From Hormiphora californensis (Eukaryota > Animalia > Ctenophora): 64,000 nt of DNA. The stretch spans positions 3,906,001 to 3,970,000 of the forward strand of contig CM035361.1 of the NCBI GenBank assembly GCA_020137815.1. The letters are read 5' to 3'. Made by a program: the position numbers and the translations under genes. Under the pieces are notes generated by a model, which saw only the letters and a program-made list of their open reading frames with translations, did no database searches and was not told the DNA's origin. Below, in pieces: positions 12,599 to 25,520 of the stretch (position 1 is the stretch's first letter; every line of letters begins with the position of its first letter).

Positions 12599-14696
12599 GA
12601 TACCGGTCTCAGTGCAGAATAGTGCACTGTGCTACAATCAATTCGATTACATCTATATCGTAGAAAAAAGGCGATATATTTTCGATTCTTCGAATATTCA
12701 ATTTGAGAATTCAATTTGCAAGTTCAGCAATAAAACTAGGTCCGTGCAGTGCTAGGCAAACTAAAATTCTACTAGGACACATTTCACTACACTACAAATT
12801 CAGTACTGTGTGTATAACATTACTACAAGCTTAGGTATATATACACGCAAGTACTATAACACTACACTACGTCACTACGTCACTACACACAGGTACTACA
12901 TTATACAATTGAGACAAGACGTTACTTACTATGCTAGCACACAAGTAGAGAGAAAACCTATTAATTGGCACACCCAGCAGCTGCACTGATATATTCAATG
13001 TGCCATAGGGGATCACATACAGCACCGGTGCGAAGTCCAGTGCTCCAGTAACGTCTCTGCAGCAGTAGACTGGAAAGAGGGTAGACAAAATATAAGAAGT
13101 AGGATTCTGAACGGAAGAGATCAACATATTTGGATCCTTGACCTGATCTTGCTAGCTCACAATTGGGTTCGTTTTGTACCTGGTAGCATAATATGCATGA
13201 TCATGATCCAATTTAGCTGATATTCCGTTCTGATATAATTCCGTTCTGATATAATTCCGTTCATAAGAGGATTTGTTGTTCTTGATCATATTTAGTCTCA
13301 TTTGTGCATGTTATTATAACTGACAACATGGAGACAGACAAGAATTCAAAATGGGTCTGCTGCAGATTGTAATAAACTAGATTGTAGACCTTTTAGATTG
13401 AAAATCAGAAGATTTCATTGGAGGTGGAATATGCTATTTTACCGGACGGGAACTCTATTATTAATAATAATAGAGTTCCCGTAATAATAATATTATTTGG
13501 TAAAATCAAGGGAAAAGAGGGATCGAGAAAAAGAAAGAAATTAAGAAAGGAAAAAAAGAAAAACTCAAAAAAAGATTTTCAGATTTTATATAACCACCAG
13601 TCTAGTCTAATCGACATTTTATGCACTTTGTAAAGCCCTTCATATCATGGCTCATGCCTTCTATTATATACATTATAGAGACTGCGATCATGTTGGAAGT
13701 TACAAGTGGTTGCCTTCAACGCGTGGCTCTAACCGTGACGCTAAACCAGAAATCACACTGAAGTAATGGTTAATCCATGTCTCTTTATATACATTTCTTT
13801 TAAATCATCGTTGTTAACTGTTAAGATGTTCAATCCTTTTATTATAACCCGTACTACATTTTGGAACTATCATGGGGGAAACAGTCGTGCCTGAATATCA
13901 TGTCACGGCTATTTACCCTTGAGACCTGAGATCTTAGGGTTATTCTTGGCTATTCCCTGAAAAATTTCCCTGAAATCTCAGGAAATAGCTGTCGTTATCA
14001 AGCGTTTCGTTCTCCTTTACGATATGTAGTAAAGCGAAACGGTTTCTAAACTTCGGTTTAATTTCAAATCCTGTACTCGAGATTGCTTAAAACTTATTAT
14101 ATGTGTTGTATTCAAGTGGATTATATAAATAGTCCGGACTCCTGGCAGCGTTATATTAATCGACAGTGCATCCCCTCCTTGGCGAAACAGAGTCTAGCAG
14201 TCCCCTCTGTAAAGTACTGCATGGACTCCACAGTGTGGAGTGCTTGCATTGCAAGTGTAAACCTAATTTCAGTGATTACTAGCTGTAACACACCAAGCTA
14301 TCATGATGCAATGATAATCATCTACCACATATTTTGTGTATAAAAGAGCCAATAGGCTTACTATCTATTTCCCTTTTATCTCTATCTATACATCCGTACG
14401 GGGTTTTCTATAAGGGGCACCATCAGGAGAGATTGCTCTCCCTCTTCCTAGACGCACTAACCCCCCCCCCCTGCATGCCTCTCTCTATAGTCTCTATTCA
14501 ATATTCATTCAGAAACTATAAATGTATTATATGTCTGGCTGTCTCTCTCTCTGTGCTAACAACAGAGGGCAGACACGATCTCTTTTTTCCATATCGCTTT
14601 AAATCACAACCTTTCCTTATAATACTGTCCCTCGAGGGAAAGAGGTCTTTCTCTCGATGTAGATCATCTCGAAGAGAAGATAAGATTCCTCTTTAA

Positions 14697-15135
14697 AGGT
14701 TGACAAGATACCTAAAACTTTTCGTATATCATCTTATTTTGATTTATCATTAATTTTCAGCATTTTTTCAGAATTTTTTGTCGGCTAGAAAAAACTTCGA
14801 AATAGGGGGTCTACCGATATTGTCAGCACTGGTTTTACTGGGCACACTCACTGCGTCTCGCAAATTGAAATTCACGTTTCCGGTTCCTCAAAAGATAAAG
14901 ACTTGATCTTGGTTGCGTTGGATTGGTCTCAATAAGACCTTTCAAACGGTTTCTGTATCTCATCAGGAACCGGAGATATTACGTTATCAATTTAAAAAAA
15001 GGCACACTCATTTGTCAGTAGACCCCCTATTTTGCACATATTTCTAGCCGACAAAAAATTCTGAAAAAATGCTGAAAATTAATGATAAATCAAAATAAGA
15101 CTATATACGAAAAGTTTTAGGTATCTTGTCAACCT
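14697..15135. mobile_element. Palindromic MITE with TTAA TSD, Kolobok-like
   Basis: ttaa|aggttgacaagatacc...ggtatcttgtcaacct|ttaa; TIRs ~120 bp. Confidence 0.87.
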
Positions 15136-15711
15136 TTAATTGTCTTTTACTCTTTTTTAAGACGAAGCAACCCTAATTTCAGAATAACTCGAGAGAATCA
15201 CAAGGATAAATGTTCAAATTCTACGCATTAATTAGTCATTGAGTCATTTTGTGTGCCTAAACTACAAACTATGGATCGCATCTTTTGGTATTTATGTTTG
15301 ATTGTAGCTTCGACTTGCTCGCTCTTTTAGATCTTGCTAAAACCCTGCAGTATGTACCTATAATTGGTTCATCGAATATTTGATATCATCAGATGAGTTA
15401 AATCCTCAAAACCTCAAATCGTTGTCATATAAAACAACTCTAATTCGGCATATAGCCACTAAACAATTCCACCGTGTCTAGTGGCTACACTGTGTCACCC
15501 CTGATGTCCCCAGTGGGTCGTGTAGTTTATTAATCAACTCCAATTCAGCATATTGGATACACCAATCCAGCAGTAGTGTGATTTGTGCTCTGTTGGATTT
15601 CGAGTGCTGGAAATCCATCAGGTGTGATTTGGCCCTTACCACTAAACAATTCCAATTCAGCATATTACCACTGTCCACTAAACAACTCCAATTCAGAATA
15701 TTATTGCTAAC

Positions 15712-18700
15712 ATGACGGGGAACACATCATCTGACAGCATTGATAAAGACAGCGGACTGCAAAATCATATGGCAGTCCTAGAGCTACCACACGAATACCT
15801 TATCGCTGTAATCACTATCATTATCTCTCTATTCGCTACCACATCCAGGTGAGACTCACCTGGTGAGTATCTTATCTCTCATAACCATCTGTTGATGGTG
15901 ACGGTATATTCGCTACATAGACGAACCCCAATTTACCGGGGGAAAGAATTTTCCTAAATCGGTGTTCCTGCAAACCGGGGCCAGCTTGTATTTCGTTAAT
16001 TAACACATCATGTTTTCAGTGGTGCACTTCTTTGGAAATTGTATCAAGTCAGACGGCGGCTCGGAATCCAAATGTCCATTTATGTGTCAGTGTTGCTAGG
16101 AAACCTATTGATGAGCGTATTTACCATGCCGTTTACAGCTTACAAAATAATGGTACGTTAATATCAGTAGATACGTGTTTACCTCGGGGGAGTCAGTTGA
16201 CTAATTAACCCCCCCCCCCCCAGGCATATAGAATCCCTGTTGTAAGTGGAGAACCAGTTGACTATGTACCCCCCCCCCAGGCATATAGAATCGGCCTGGT
16301 GTAAGTGGAGAACCAGTTGACTATGTACCCCCCCCCCAGGCATATAGAATCGGCCTGGTGTAAGTGGAGAACCAGTTGACTATGTAACCCCCCCCCCCCC
16401 CAGGCATATAGAATCCCTGTTGTAAGTGGAGAACCAGTTGACTATGTACCCCCCCCCAGGCATATAGAATCAGTTGACTATGTAACCCCCCCCCCCCAGG
16501 CATATAGGATCCCAGGTGTAAGTGGAGAAGCAGTTGACTATGTAACCCCCCCCCCCCCAGGCATATAGAATCCCTGGTGTAAGTGGAGAACCAGTTGACT
16601 ATGTAACCCCCCCCAGGCATATAGAATCCCTGGTGTTAGTGGAGAACCAGTTGACTATGTAACACCCCCCCCCCCCCCAGGCATATAGAATCCCTGCAGT
16701 GTAAAAAGAGAATCAGTTGACTATGTAACCCCCCCCCCCCCAGGCATATAGGATCCCTGGTGTAAGTGGAGAATCAGTTGACTATGTACCCCCCCAGGCA
16801 TATAGAACCAGTTGACTATGTAACCCCCCCCCCCCCCCCAGGCATATAGAACCAGTTGACTATGTAACCCCCCCCCAGGCATATGGTCCCGGTCGGAAAG
16901 TCGGAACATTTTCGAGATATTTTGATGTCTCAAAAACTGACCAAAATTTCTAAAATTGGTTTTTAAGGTACTTCTACTTATCTCAGGTACATAAAATTTT
17001 AGGAGTAGATAAACAAATGTATGAAAACTAATATCTGATAAGAAAAAAATACATTACTCAACTGCTGTGGATCATAGGACAATATTTATAAAATTCAACC
17101 TGCTGACTTCGTGTTAGCTTTTTCTAGGAATCTTTTTCAACAATGATATAGATAATCGTCTTGGTCACCTAGTAAACATTGGTTGAGTCGCTAAATACTC
17201 AACCAATGTGGATACACAAACACTTGAACTTCAGACAACAGTTAAAGGTCGAAACAAAGTTGAAAATTTGAAAATATAAGTCTTAGTAAGTGGGAAATTG
17301 TCCCAAGTTTTCATGTTAGTTAAAACTGGAGCAAAATAAACACTCAACTCGTGTGGATAATCAATATAAAGAACCCAATTACGGTTTATTCATCAGAAAC
17401 TGATCTTTTTGAGATAATATTAGGTCACAGATGAACATGTAACCTTACAAAACAGTCACACTGATTATCAGATAATTCTACTCAACTGGTGTGGATAAAA
17501 CCACTACCAAAACCAGTCACACGTCACAATTTTAGCATATCCACACGAGTTGAGCGGATTTTGGGTACCAAATTGGGTAAGTTACGTACACAAGCTTTGG
17601 GGCTATCTATTGTAGTAACTTATTTGGTACAAACAGTTAACTCAACCTCTGTGGATAAGTTTTTCTGACAAAATTTGATTTTTATCCACACTAGTTGAGT
17701 CATGTTGGATCCCCTTATTGATAATTAAGACTACTGATCGAATCCACATAGGTTAAGCAACACTTTTGAGTTCTAAATTCCTATAATTATCCACAATTTG
17801 AGTCGTTAGTTGCCACCAAAAGATAGTGAAACTAATGATTTAAAGTAGTGATCACAAATATCCACACGAGTTGAGCAGGTTATGAGTACCAAATTGGGTA
17901 AGTTACGTGCACAAGCGTTGGGGCTATCAATTGTAGTAACTTAATTGGCACAAATAGTAAACTCAACCTCTGTGGATAAGCTTTTCTGACAAAATCTGAT
18001 TTTTATCCACACTGGTTGAGTCATGTTGGATTCCCTTATTGATAATTAAGACTATTAATTGAGTCCACATCGGTTGAGCAACTCGTCTGAGTTCTAATTC
18101 CTAAAATTATCCACAATTTGAGTCGTTAGTTGCCAGCAAAAGATAGTGGAACTAATGATTTAAAGTAGTGATCACAAATAAGCTTATCCACAGCAGTTGA
18201 GTCAGTTTTGAGCACCAGTAATTAGTCAAATAGATGCCAAATCGATTGGCGAACTGATTAAAATCAATCTGAAGCCGAAATAATATCCCTTATCCTTGGT
18301 TGAGTCGCTTTTTTACTAGAAAATGGATAATTATCCACATTGGTTTAGCATTTTTTCTTTCTTTATAGTGGCAAAATAGGTGTAATAAGACGCAGAATTA
18401 TCCACAAAAGTTTCAGGACCATACCATTTATCCACTTTGGATGAGCACCGTTATCCACAGAAAAATTATCCACACACTTTGAGGCCTTGTAAAATAAAGC
18501 AGAAATGAGCTTTAACGTTCTAGTTTTCATATTCGTAATTTAGAGATAATTTCGGGTGGATAACAATACTCAACCAAGCAAAAGTACTATATTTAGCACA
18601 AAATATTGTACTTTTTAAAAAATTAGGAAAAGTGTTCCGACTTTCCGACCGGGTCCATATAGAATCAGTTGACTATGTAACCCCCCCCCCCCCCAGGCAT

Positions 18701-20604
18701 ATAGAATCCCAGGTGTAAGTGGAGAATCAGTTGACTTTGAAAATGTATCACTTGTGGAGGAGATTTGCTGCAATGTCTCTGGTTTTGTGTATAATGTTAC
18801 GCGATCAACCTCCCTTTGGTCTCTCCTCTTTTTCACCATCGACAGGTCAGTGAATGATATGTATTATATTTGGTTGGATGGCATGGTAGTTGATTTATTA
18901 GGTTAGATGCCAGATGGGTTATCATTATTCATTGCTCTATTATGTTATTTGTAAGTAGGTTCTTTGGTACTACATAATGCTATCCCTGAATAAAGGAGGA
19001 TGATCTTCTTGTAACTGCCGTTATATCATTTCTATCCTGCAGGTATATTTTCCTGTGCAAACCATTTACAGTTCCCCGCCTACGACACCACCACTATCAG
19101 ATTACATTAGGATTAATCTGGGCTTTCTTTATCTTCCTCTCGGGTGAGTTTAGAGTTAGTAGTTACCTTGGTTACCATAGTGAGTTTATAGTTACCTTGG
19201 TAACTCCTTTTGGTTCACGCGGCAACGTTTGTTTAAATACTAAATATATTCAAGGAATAGAATTAATGAGGAAGTTTAGTTTTCTCCTTCCGGCTGGACA
19301 AAATGAGTCGACGGGGTTTTTATTGTATTAACTTTCAAACATTGTTGCAGCGACTGTTTTCTTTTTTGGCAAGATATACCGGAACCTTCCCCCTGGTGAT
19401 GGACTAGTGTGTAGTTGGTTTATATTCGATATAATACCTGAAAGTCTTATCAATGAGGATCAAGAAGTACCTTATAACGTTACGTTGGCATACATCATGG
19501 TGAGTTAGTACTAATTAACATCAATTAATGCTAATTAGTACTAATTAGTAACAATTAGTAACTCCTCTTTCAGACAGTTGGGTATGGACCAGTTATTCTA
19601 CCTATCATTCTTCTCGTTGTATTTTCTATCCGAGTTGTTGTTGAACTGGCCAAACTGCACACTAAAACACGACGACTTGCACCAAGTAATGACTATAAAT
19701 GATCAATTTGACCTCTTTTATAATACTTGTTTGTTAATTTGTTATTGTTAACTATAATGCTTCTATGAAAACTGCAGTTAATTTCTCTCTCTCCTCATAG
19801 CCCCATCAGGGAAGGAGGGTGTTACTACTGCAGTGAACCCTGCAACCCCTTTACAATCTGCCGCCAAGTACCTTGCAGGTATGATCAGCATACACAGCAA
19901 CAATTTTGTAAAACAGAATATTAACCAAACAATTTTGTAAAACAGAATATTAACCAAATCATGGTCCAAATAACGAATATTAATAGTTAATTTAATAATC
20001 CAAACATTATTAGTTAATTTAATAATCTACAACCTGCAGAGAACAGGGAGGTACGGATAGGATTTGTGATGACACTTAGTACGATGTGCTTCTTCCTTTG
20101 CTACAGTGTTTGGATCGTCTACATGATCCACGTCATGCTCACCCTCTTTGGAATAGTAAGTATAAACACACAATTTCTGTTGAAAATTGGCCAATTTACG
20201 AACATTTATAGGCCCATATTCAACAATATGCGCGCATTTTCGCTGGAATGGCCCATAAATGCGCCAATTTTCGCTGACGAGCGCTGGCCATGGCTAAATC
20301 TGAGAGTTAAGACGCGATTGTGTGGTATGGCGGCTTCAAAATTGCGCGTTCTGTTGCTTTTCAGCGAAAATGCGCGCATATTGTTGAATATGGGCCTATT
20401 AATGTTCGTAAATTGGCCAATTTTCACCAGAAATTATCGCACAACCTTTACTAGGGTAGAACGTTGTATGACCCTCCGGTTCCAATGGTCCTTCGTCTCT
20501 ACAAGATTCACGAACTGGTTGGGTATTGCTACGCAGCCTTCACCCCGGTAATACTTTACCTATTGAATCTTAGACCGAGGAATCAAAAAACCTACACTAA
20601 TTAA
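15712..20604 (+). CDS. Rhodopsin-class (family A) orphan GPCR, 9 exons, ~374 aa
   Basis: Exons 15712-15848, 16020-16152, 18697-18845, 19043-19143, 19351-19499, 19574-19685, 19801-19878, 20040-20155, 20455-20604 (1125 nt, all phases match). Seven hydrophobic segments, N-terminal NTS sequon, Cys at the top of TM3, TIDRY, ECL2 Cys, TM6 FFLCYSVW, TM7 FTPVILY. Confidence 0.9.
16190..18736 (+). repeat. ~55-60-bp minisatellite made from the GPCR intron2/exon3 junction, interrupted by a transposon
   Basis: Unit cccccag|gcatatagaatccctggtgtaagtggagaaccagttgactatgtaa, roughly 14 copies; the last copy runs into the real exon 3. Confidence 0.9.
16885..18656. mobile_element. Non-autonomous DNA transposon with 4-bp TSD; superfamily uncertain
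   Basis: TIR ggtcccggtcggaaagtcggaaca / tgttccgactttccgaccgggtcc; ATAT duplicated; many tatccaca..gttgag motifs; internal ~320-bp direct duplication (~17540-18180). Confidence 0.85.
20172..20439. mobile_element. Palindromic MITE in the last GPCR intron
   Basis: aatttctgttgaaaattggccaatttacgaacatt mirrored by aatgttcgtaaattggccaattttcaccagaaatt. Confidence 0.8.
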
Positions 20605-20715
20605 CTAGTTTTTATGTGTTGCTGAGTCTGATCAATCATGGTTGATATATGATGGACGAAGATCGATAGAGTTGATGGTTGAGACAATATGTTATATGAT
20701 ATCGGTTTGAAAATA

Positions 20716-20986
20716 CAGTCGGACCTTGATTTACCGGACCCCCATTTACCAGAACCACGATTTACCGGACCCCGATTTACCAGAACCACGATTTACCGGA
20801 CCCCGATTTACCAGAACCACGATTTCGGGAGAATAATATCCCCCAACCTGGACTCTATCTCTAAAATCCTAACCCAACCCAAAACCTAACCCTAATCCTA
20901 ACCCTTTGACCCCGATATACCTTGAACCCCGATTTACCGTGCAAAACCCTTTCCCCCGAGCATCCCTGTAAATCGGGGTCCGACTG
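20716..20986. mobile_element. Tc1/mariner (pogo-like) MITE, cagtcggacc family
   Basis: TA|cagtcggacc...ggtccgactg|TA with internal gatttaccgg repeats. Confidence 0.85.
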
Positions 20987-21383
20987 TACATACAATTGAT
21001 AAAGTGTTTAGTGTATTCAACAACAATAATTAATTGTTTTTTTTAATTTTATTCTTTTTACCCACATATTGATTGTATTGTATTGAGCTTTAGTTAACTT
21101 TTATTTGCTGTAATATATTGTAGCCGTGTTATCGCTTTATTTAAATTCAATTGTTATTGACTCCGGTGGCAGATTCTGGCCAATTGGACGCTTATGTGAG
21201 GGCACTTTTCCTACTAATTTTGATACACTGAATCACGTAAGCAACTTTTCCAAGCCCTCTGAGGTCGGGAAAGTGCCCTAATTGACTATAATTGGGATTA
21301 ATTGGCCTTAATTGCTCAATTTAGGAACAGTTCCATTTAAAATATATATTAAAACCCAGTGATTGGACTGCCTGCCGGTATGC

Positions 21384-22324
21384 TAGTAGGGTCGGTTGTG
21401 GGAAGTTGGGTCTGGAATTTTAAATTTGACTTGCTGATATGATTAGGGACTCTATAAAAAGTCCAAAGTACCATCCCACAGGTCTCTACCACCCCCGGTT
21501 CACTAATTAGTCGTAATTATGTGATTTATGACGTTATCGCCAATTAGCACTAATAATACGAGTTCCTGGTCACTTAGAGCTTGGATTTTGATACCAGCTG
21601 ATAGAGGATCACTAGATTAGTGGGCATTCAAATTTTGAGGTCGATCGGAGTTATGGTTGAGGAGTTATAACCGTTTTTCCGTTTGGCTGGCGGTTGGCTG
21701 GCACCACGTGGGATTACGGGTTTAGGTCGTCGTAGGAGGTCGTCATTGGTCGCGTTCGATCGGGCTCGATGAGGTGATCAAAACCTAGTGGGGCCAGACC
21801 TTGGCCCCACCCCGTTCTTGGGTTATTAGGCTTTTTCGGTTTTGGCGGGAAAATATTTTGGCGGGAAACCGAAAAAGCCCAATAACCCAAGAACGGGGTG
21901 GGGCCAAGGTCTGGCCCCACTAGGTTTTGATCACCTCATCGAGCCCGATCGAACGCGACCAATGACGACCTCCCACGACGACCTAAACCCGTAATCCCAC
22001 GTGGTGCCAGCCAACCGCCAGCCAAACGGAAAAACGGTTATAACTCCTCGACCATAACTCCGATCGACCTAAAATTTCGAATGCCCACTAATCTAGTGAT
22101 CCTCTATCAGCTGGTATCAAAATCTAAGCTCTAAGTGACCAGGAACTCGTATTATTAGTGCTAATTGGCGATAACGTCATAAATCACATAATTACGACTA
22201 ATTAGTGAACCGGGGGTGGTAGAGACCTGTGGGATGGTACTTTGGACTTTTTATAGAGTCCCTAATCATATCAGCAAGTCAAATTTAAAATTCCAGACCC
22301 AACTTCCCACAACCGACCCTACTA
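21384..22324. mobile_element. Near-perfect 941-bp palindromic element, Academ-like ends
   Basis: tagtagggtcggttgtggg...cccacaaccgaccctacta, centre aaaatatttt at ~21854; 3-bp TSD TGC; TAG termini. Confidence 0.88.
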
Positions 22325-22889
22325 TGCCTCCCTCGAGGCAATTACTACCACGCAGGGATCGAGACTGTTTAAAAATAGCCATGTTTCAAATAGTCAGACA
22401 CTGCAGCTTGTCTGACTATTTGAAACACGCTGGCTATTTTATACAGTCCACTGTTTCAAATAGCCAGCTACCCTACTAAAATGACTTTTAATTAGACACC
22501 AAAGACTTGCCATGCCAGGCGGGAGACACACTGTGTGAGAGCTGACAGACAAGGAACATGTCAACCAAAGACGATACATTTTCTGCTTCTTCCTCGCCGC
22601 GTCAGGAAATTAAACAAAATTGAATTTAGGAATTGAATTAGATAAAATGATTAATAGTAAATGCAAGGACTATTTTCAAAATAACACGGTCGCTTGTAGT
22701 GGGAAAACGGTAATGGAAAACTGAGATACAGTAAGACGACGCGCAACTGTGGCCAATCAGGGCGCTATAGTACGTGCTGAACACATGTACTTTTTGCCGC
22801 GCGTTATGCAACGTGCGCGTCTCCTTACTGCATATTTCTATTACGGTAATACGACTACAAGCAGCACTGTAAAGTCGGATTTTTTGAAA

Positions 22890-23171
22890 GCGTCACCACA
22901 CACCAAAGTTAAAATTAAAATTAAAATTTTGATTTTAAACCCGCACACACCAGCGGCCGTTAAAATTTCTCTCTCCCATTCTAAAAGTAACAATCTCGCG
23001 CGCGATTTTGACGGCGTGTTAAAATTTTGTCATCCAACGCGACCGTCAAAATCGCGCGTGAGATCGTTACTTATATACTTAGAATGGAGAGAGAAATTTT
23101 AACGGCCGCTGGTGTGTGCGGGTTTAAAATCAAAATTTTAATTTTAATTTAACTTTGGTGTGTGGTGACCC
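22890..23171. mobile_element. PIF/Harbinger-like palindromic MITE (same end family as 2900-3293)
   Basis: gcgtcaccacacaccaaagtt...aactttggtgtgtggtgaccc; 3-bp TSD AAA; inserted in the host's left TIR. Confidence 0.85.
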
Positions 23172-23378
23172 AAACTGTCGCCCCCTTTTCACGCGCGGCC
23201 CCCACTTGCTCTCACTTGCCTTCACTTTTCGGCAAAAAACCGCATATCATCGGAAAGAGCATAATTTTGTGAGTCCGTAAAACTTTGGTTTGACGAAATT
23301 GGCCAAGAAACAAAGGCGTGAGAGGGAAAACAAGTTTCCGACGCGCAAATAAAAACTCGCACGCCACCCAGGGGGGGG

Positions 23379-25050
23379 CGGCAATTTTGCATTTGCGGGC
23401 ATCGCACTATAGACGCAGTACCCACGTACTATAGACGCATTATAAACGCATTATAAACGCATTATAGACGCATTATAGACACACGCAATATAGACGCAAT
23501 TTCGTAAGCAGCACTTTAGACGCAATATAGACGCATTATAACAGCAATATAAACGCATTTTTATAGACGCGACGCAGTATAGCCGCATTATAGGCGCACT
23601 ACCCACCCCAAAATCACCTTATAGACGCACTATAGACGCATTATAGACTGACTATAGCAGCACCATAAACGCTACATAGACCCATATAGACGCATGATAG
23701 ATACATTATAGGCGCAAATCGCTTTTTATAGACGCCGCGTCTATGAAAAACGTGCTTTTTAAAGAAGCACTTTAGACGTACTCCAGGCTACAGTGCGATA
23801 TTTGAGGCGCAGTTGGGCGTTTTATAAACGCATTTTTGTCGCATATAAAAGGAAGCAGTATAGACGCATTATAGACGCATTATAGCCGCATGAGTGCGAA
23901 ATCGATAAAGACGCAATATAGACGCAAAATAAAAAGGAGAGGGAGAGAGAGGCGAGGGAGGGAGGGAGAGGGACAGAAACAGACGGATAAAGACCTGAGA
24001 CAGAAGGACAGAGTAAGATGGAAAGAGAGTAAGATGGAAAGATAGTGATATAGGGACGGAGTGAGACATAAAAAGAGTGAGACAGAAAAAGACAGAGATG
24101 GAAACAAACGGACAGAGACAGACGGACGGACAAACACGCGCTTACTATCTCCCTCTCTGTCTCACACTCTCTCTCTCCACTCTCCATCTTAATCTCTCTC
24201 CATCTTACTCTGTCCTTCTGTCTCAGGTCTTTATCCGTCTGTTTCTGTCCCTGTACCCCTCCCTCAGTCCCTCCCTCTCCTTCCCTCTCCCTCCCTCCCT
24301 CCTCTCCCTCCCTCCTCTCCCTCCCTCCTCTCCCTCCCTCCATCCCTCCATCCCTCCCTCTTACTCTGTCCGTCTGTCTCAGATCTGTGTCCATCTGTCT
24401 CTGTCTGATCTGTCTCTGTATCCCTCCCTCTTTCCCTCTCCTTCCCTCTCCCTCCCTCCCTCCCTCTAGTCTCTCTCCCTCTCCTTCTTATTAATTGCGT
24501 CTATATTAATATTGCGTCTTTATCGATTTTGTGCACATGCGTATATAATGCGTATATAATGCGTCTATACTGCTTCCTTTTATATGCGACAAAAATGCGT
24601 TTATAGTTCGCCCAACTGCGCCTCAAATATGGCAGCGTGCGTCTGAGTACGTCTATAGTGCTTCTTTAAAAAGCACGTTTTTTATAGACGCGGCGTCTAT
24701 AAAAATCGATTTGCGTCTATAATGCTTCTATCATGCGTCTATATGGGTCTATGTAGCGTTTATGGTGCTGCTATAGTCAGTCTATAATGCGTCTATAGTG
24801 CGTCTATAAGGTGATTTTGGGGTGGGTAGTGCGCCTATAATGCGCCTATACTGCGTCGCGTCTATAAAAATGCGTTTATATTGCTGTTATAATGCGTCGT
24901 ATATTGCGTCTAAAGTGCTGCTTACGAAATTGCGTCTATATTGCGTGTGTCTATAATGCGTCTATAATGCGTTTATAATGCGTTTATAATGCGTCTATAG
25001 TACGTGGGTACTGCGTCTATAGTGCGATGCCCGCAAATGCAAAATTGCCG
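23379..25050. mobile_element. Foldback-type element with (tatagacgca)-rich arms
   Basis: cggcaattttgcatttgcgggc / gcccgcaaatgcaaaattgccg; arms ~560 bp; inserted in a G run; GA/CT-rich spacer. Confidence 0.88.
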
Positions 25051-25487
25051 GGGGGGGGGGGGGCGACAGTTTCAAAAAATCCGACGTTAATGTTCTTTTC
25101 TTCTTTTCGATAAATTTTCATCAGGATGTGTAATATGATCATATATAGTACATAATATATTAAAATAACTAATTAATATAATAAACTACCATATAAAATC
25201 ATATAAAAACAGTTCTTGATTATGTTACTTTTTAGAACATTTCAATTTTTTCTCATAAATACATACTGTCATACTATGTACCACTATTGTTCACATGGTC
25301 TTCTACTCACACCGACTGGTGTTTTGATTGTTTGATGTTTGAAAGAGCAGATCAGTGTTTCCATGTGCAGTAGATTGGAGTCCCCAATTGACAAAGGAAA
25401 ACAGTCTCTAAAAGAGCAGATCAGTATAATTAATGACAACTGCATGTGTTTCCCCCTCTCCACTATAGTATCTCCGCGTGTGTGTGT

Positions 25488-25520
<33 letters not shown>

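Larger units (their letters stand above)
22872..25087. mobile_element. Host MITE carrying two nested insertions
   Basis: Removing the inserts leaves aagtcggattttttgaaactgtcgcccc, mirrored by ggggcgacagtttcaaaaaatccgacgt. Confidence 0.78.

Noticed and set aside
12867-13127. 86-aa ORF with a strong donor at ~12928
   Set aside because: No recognisable domain; the PLC gene has its own ATG and signal peptide downstream, so this is at most a 5' UTR exon.
17680-18480. Multiple TTATCCACA matches to the bacterial DnaA box
   Set aside because: They are half of a bipartite motif inside a TIR/TSD-bounded element in a spliced eukaryotic gene; there is no bacterial origin context.
20455-20604. GPCR as an opsin
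   Set aside because: Counting back from the TM7 Pro, position 7.43 is Tyr, not the retinal-binding Lys.
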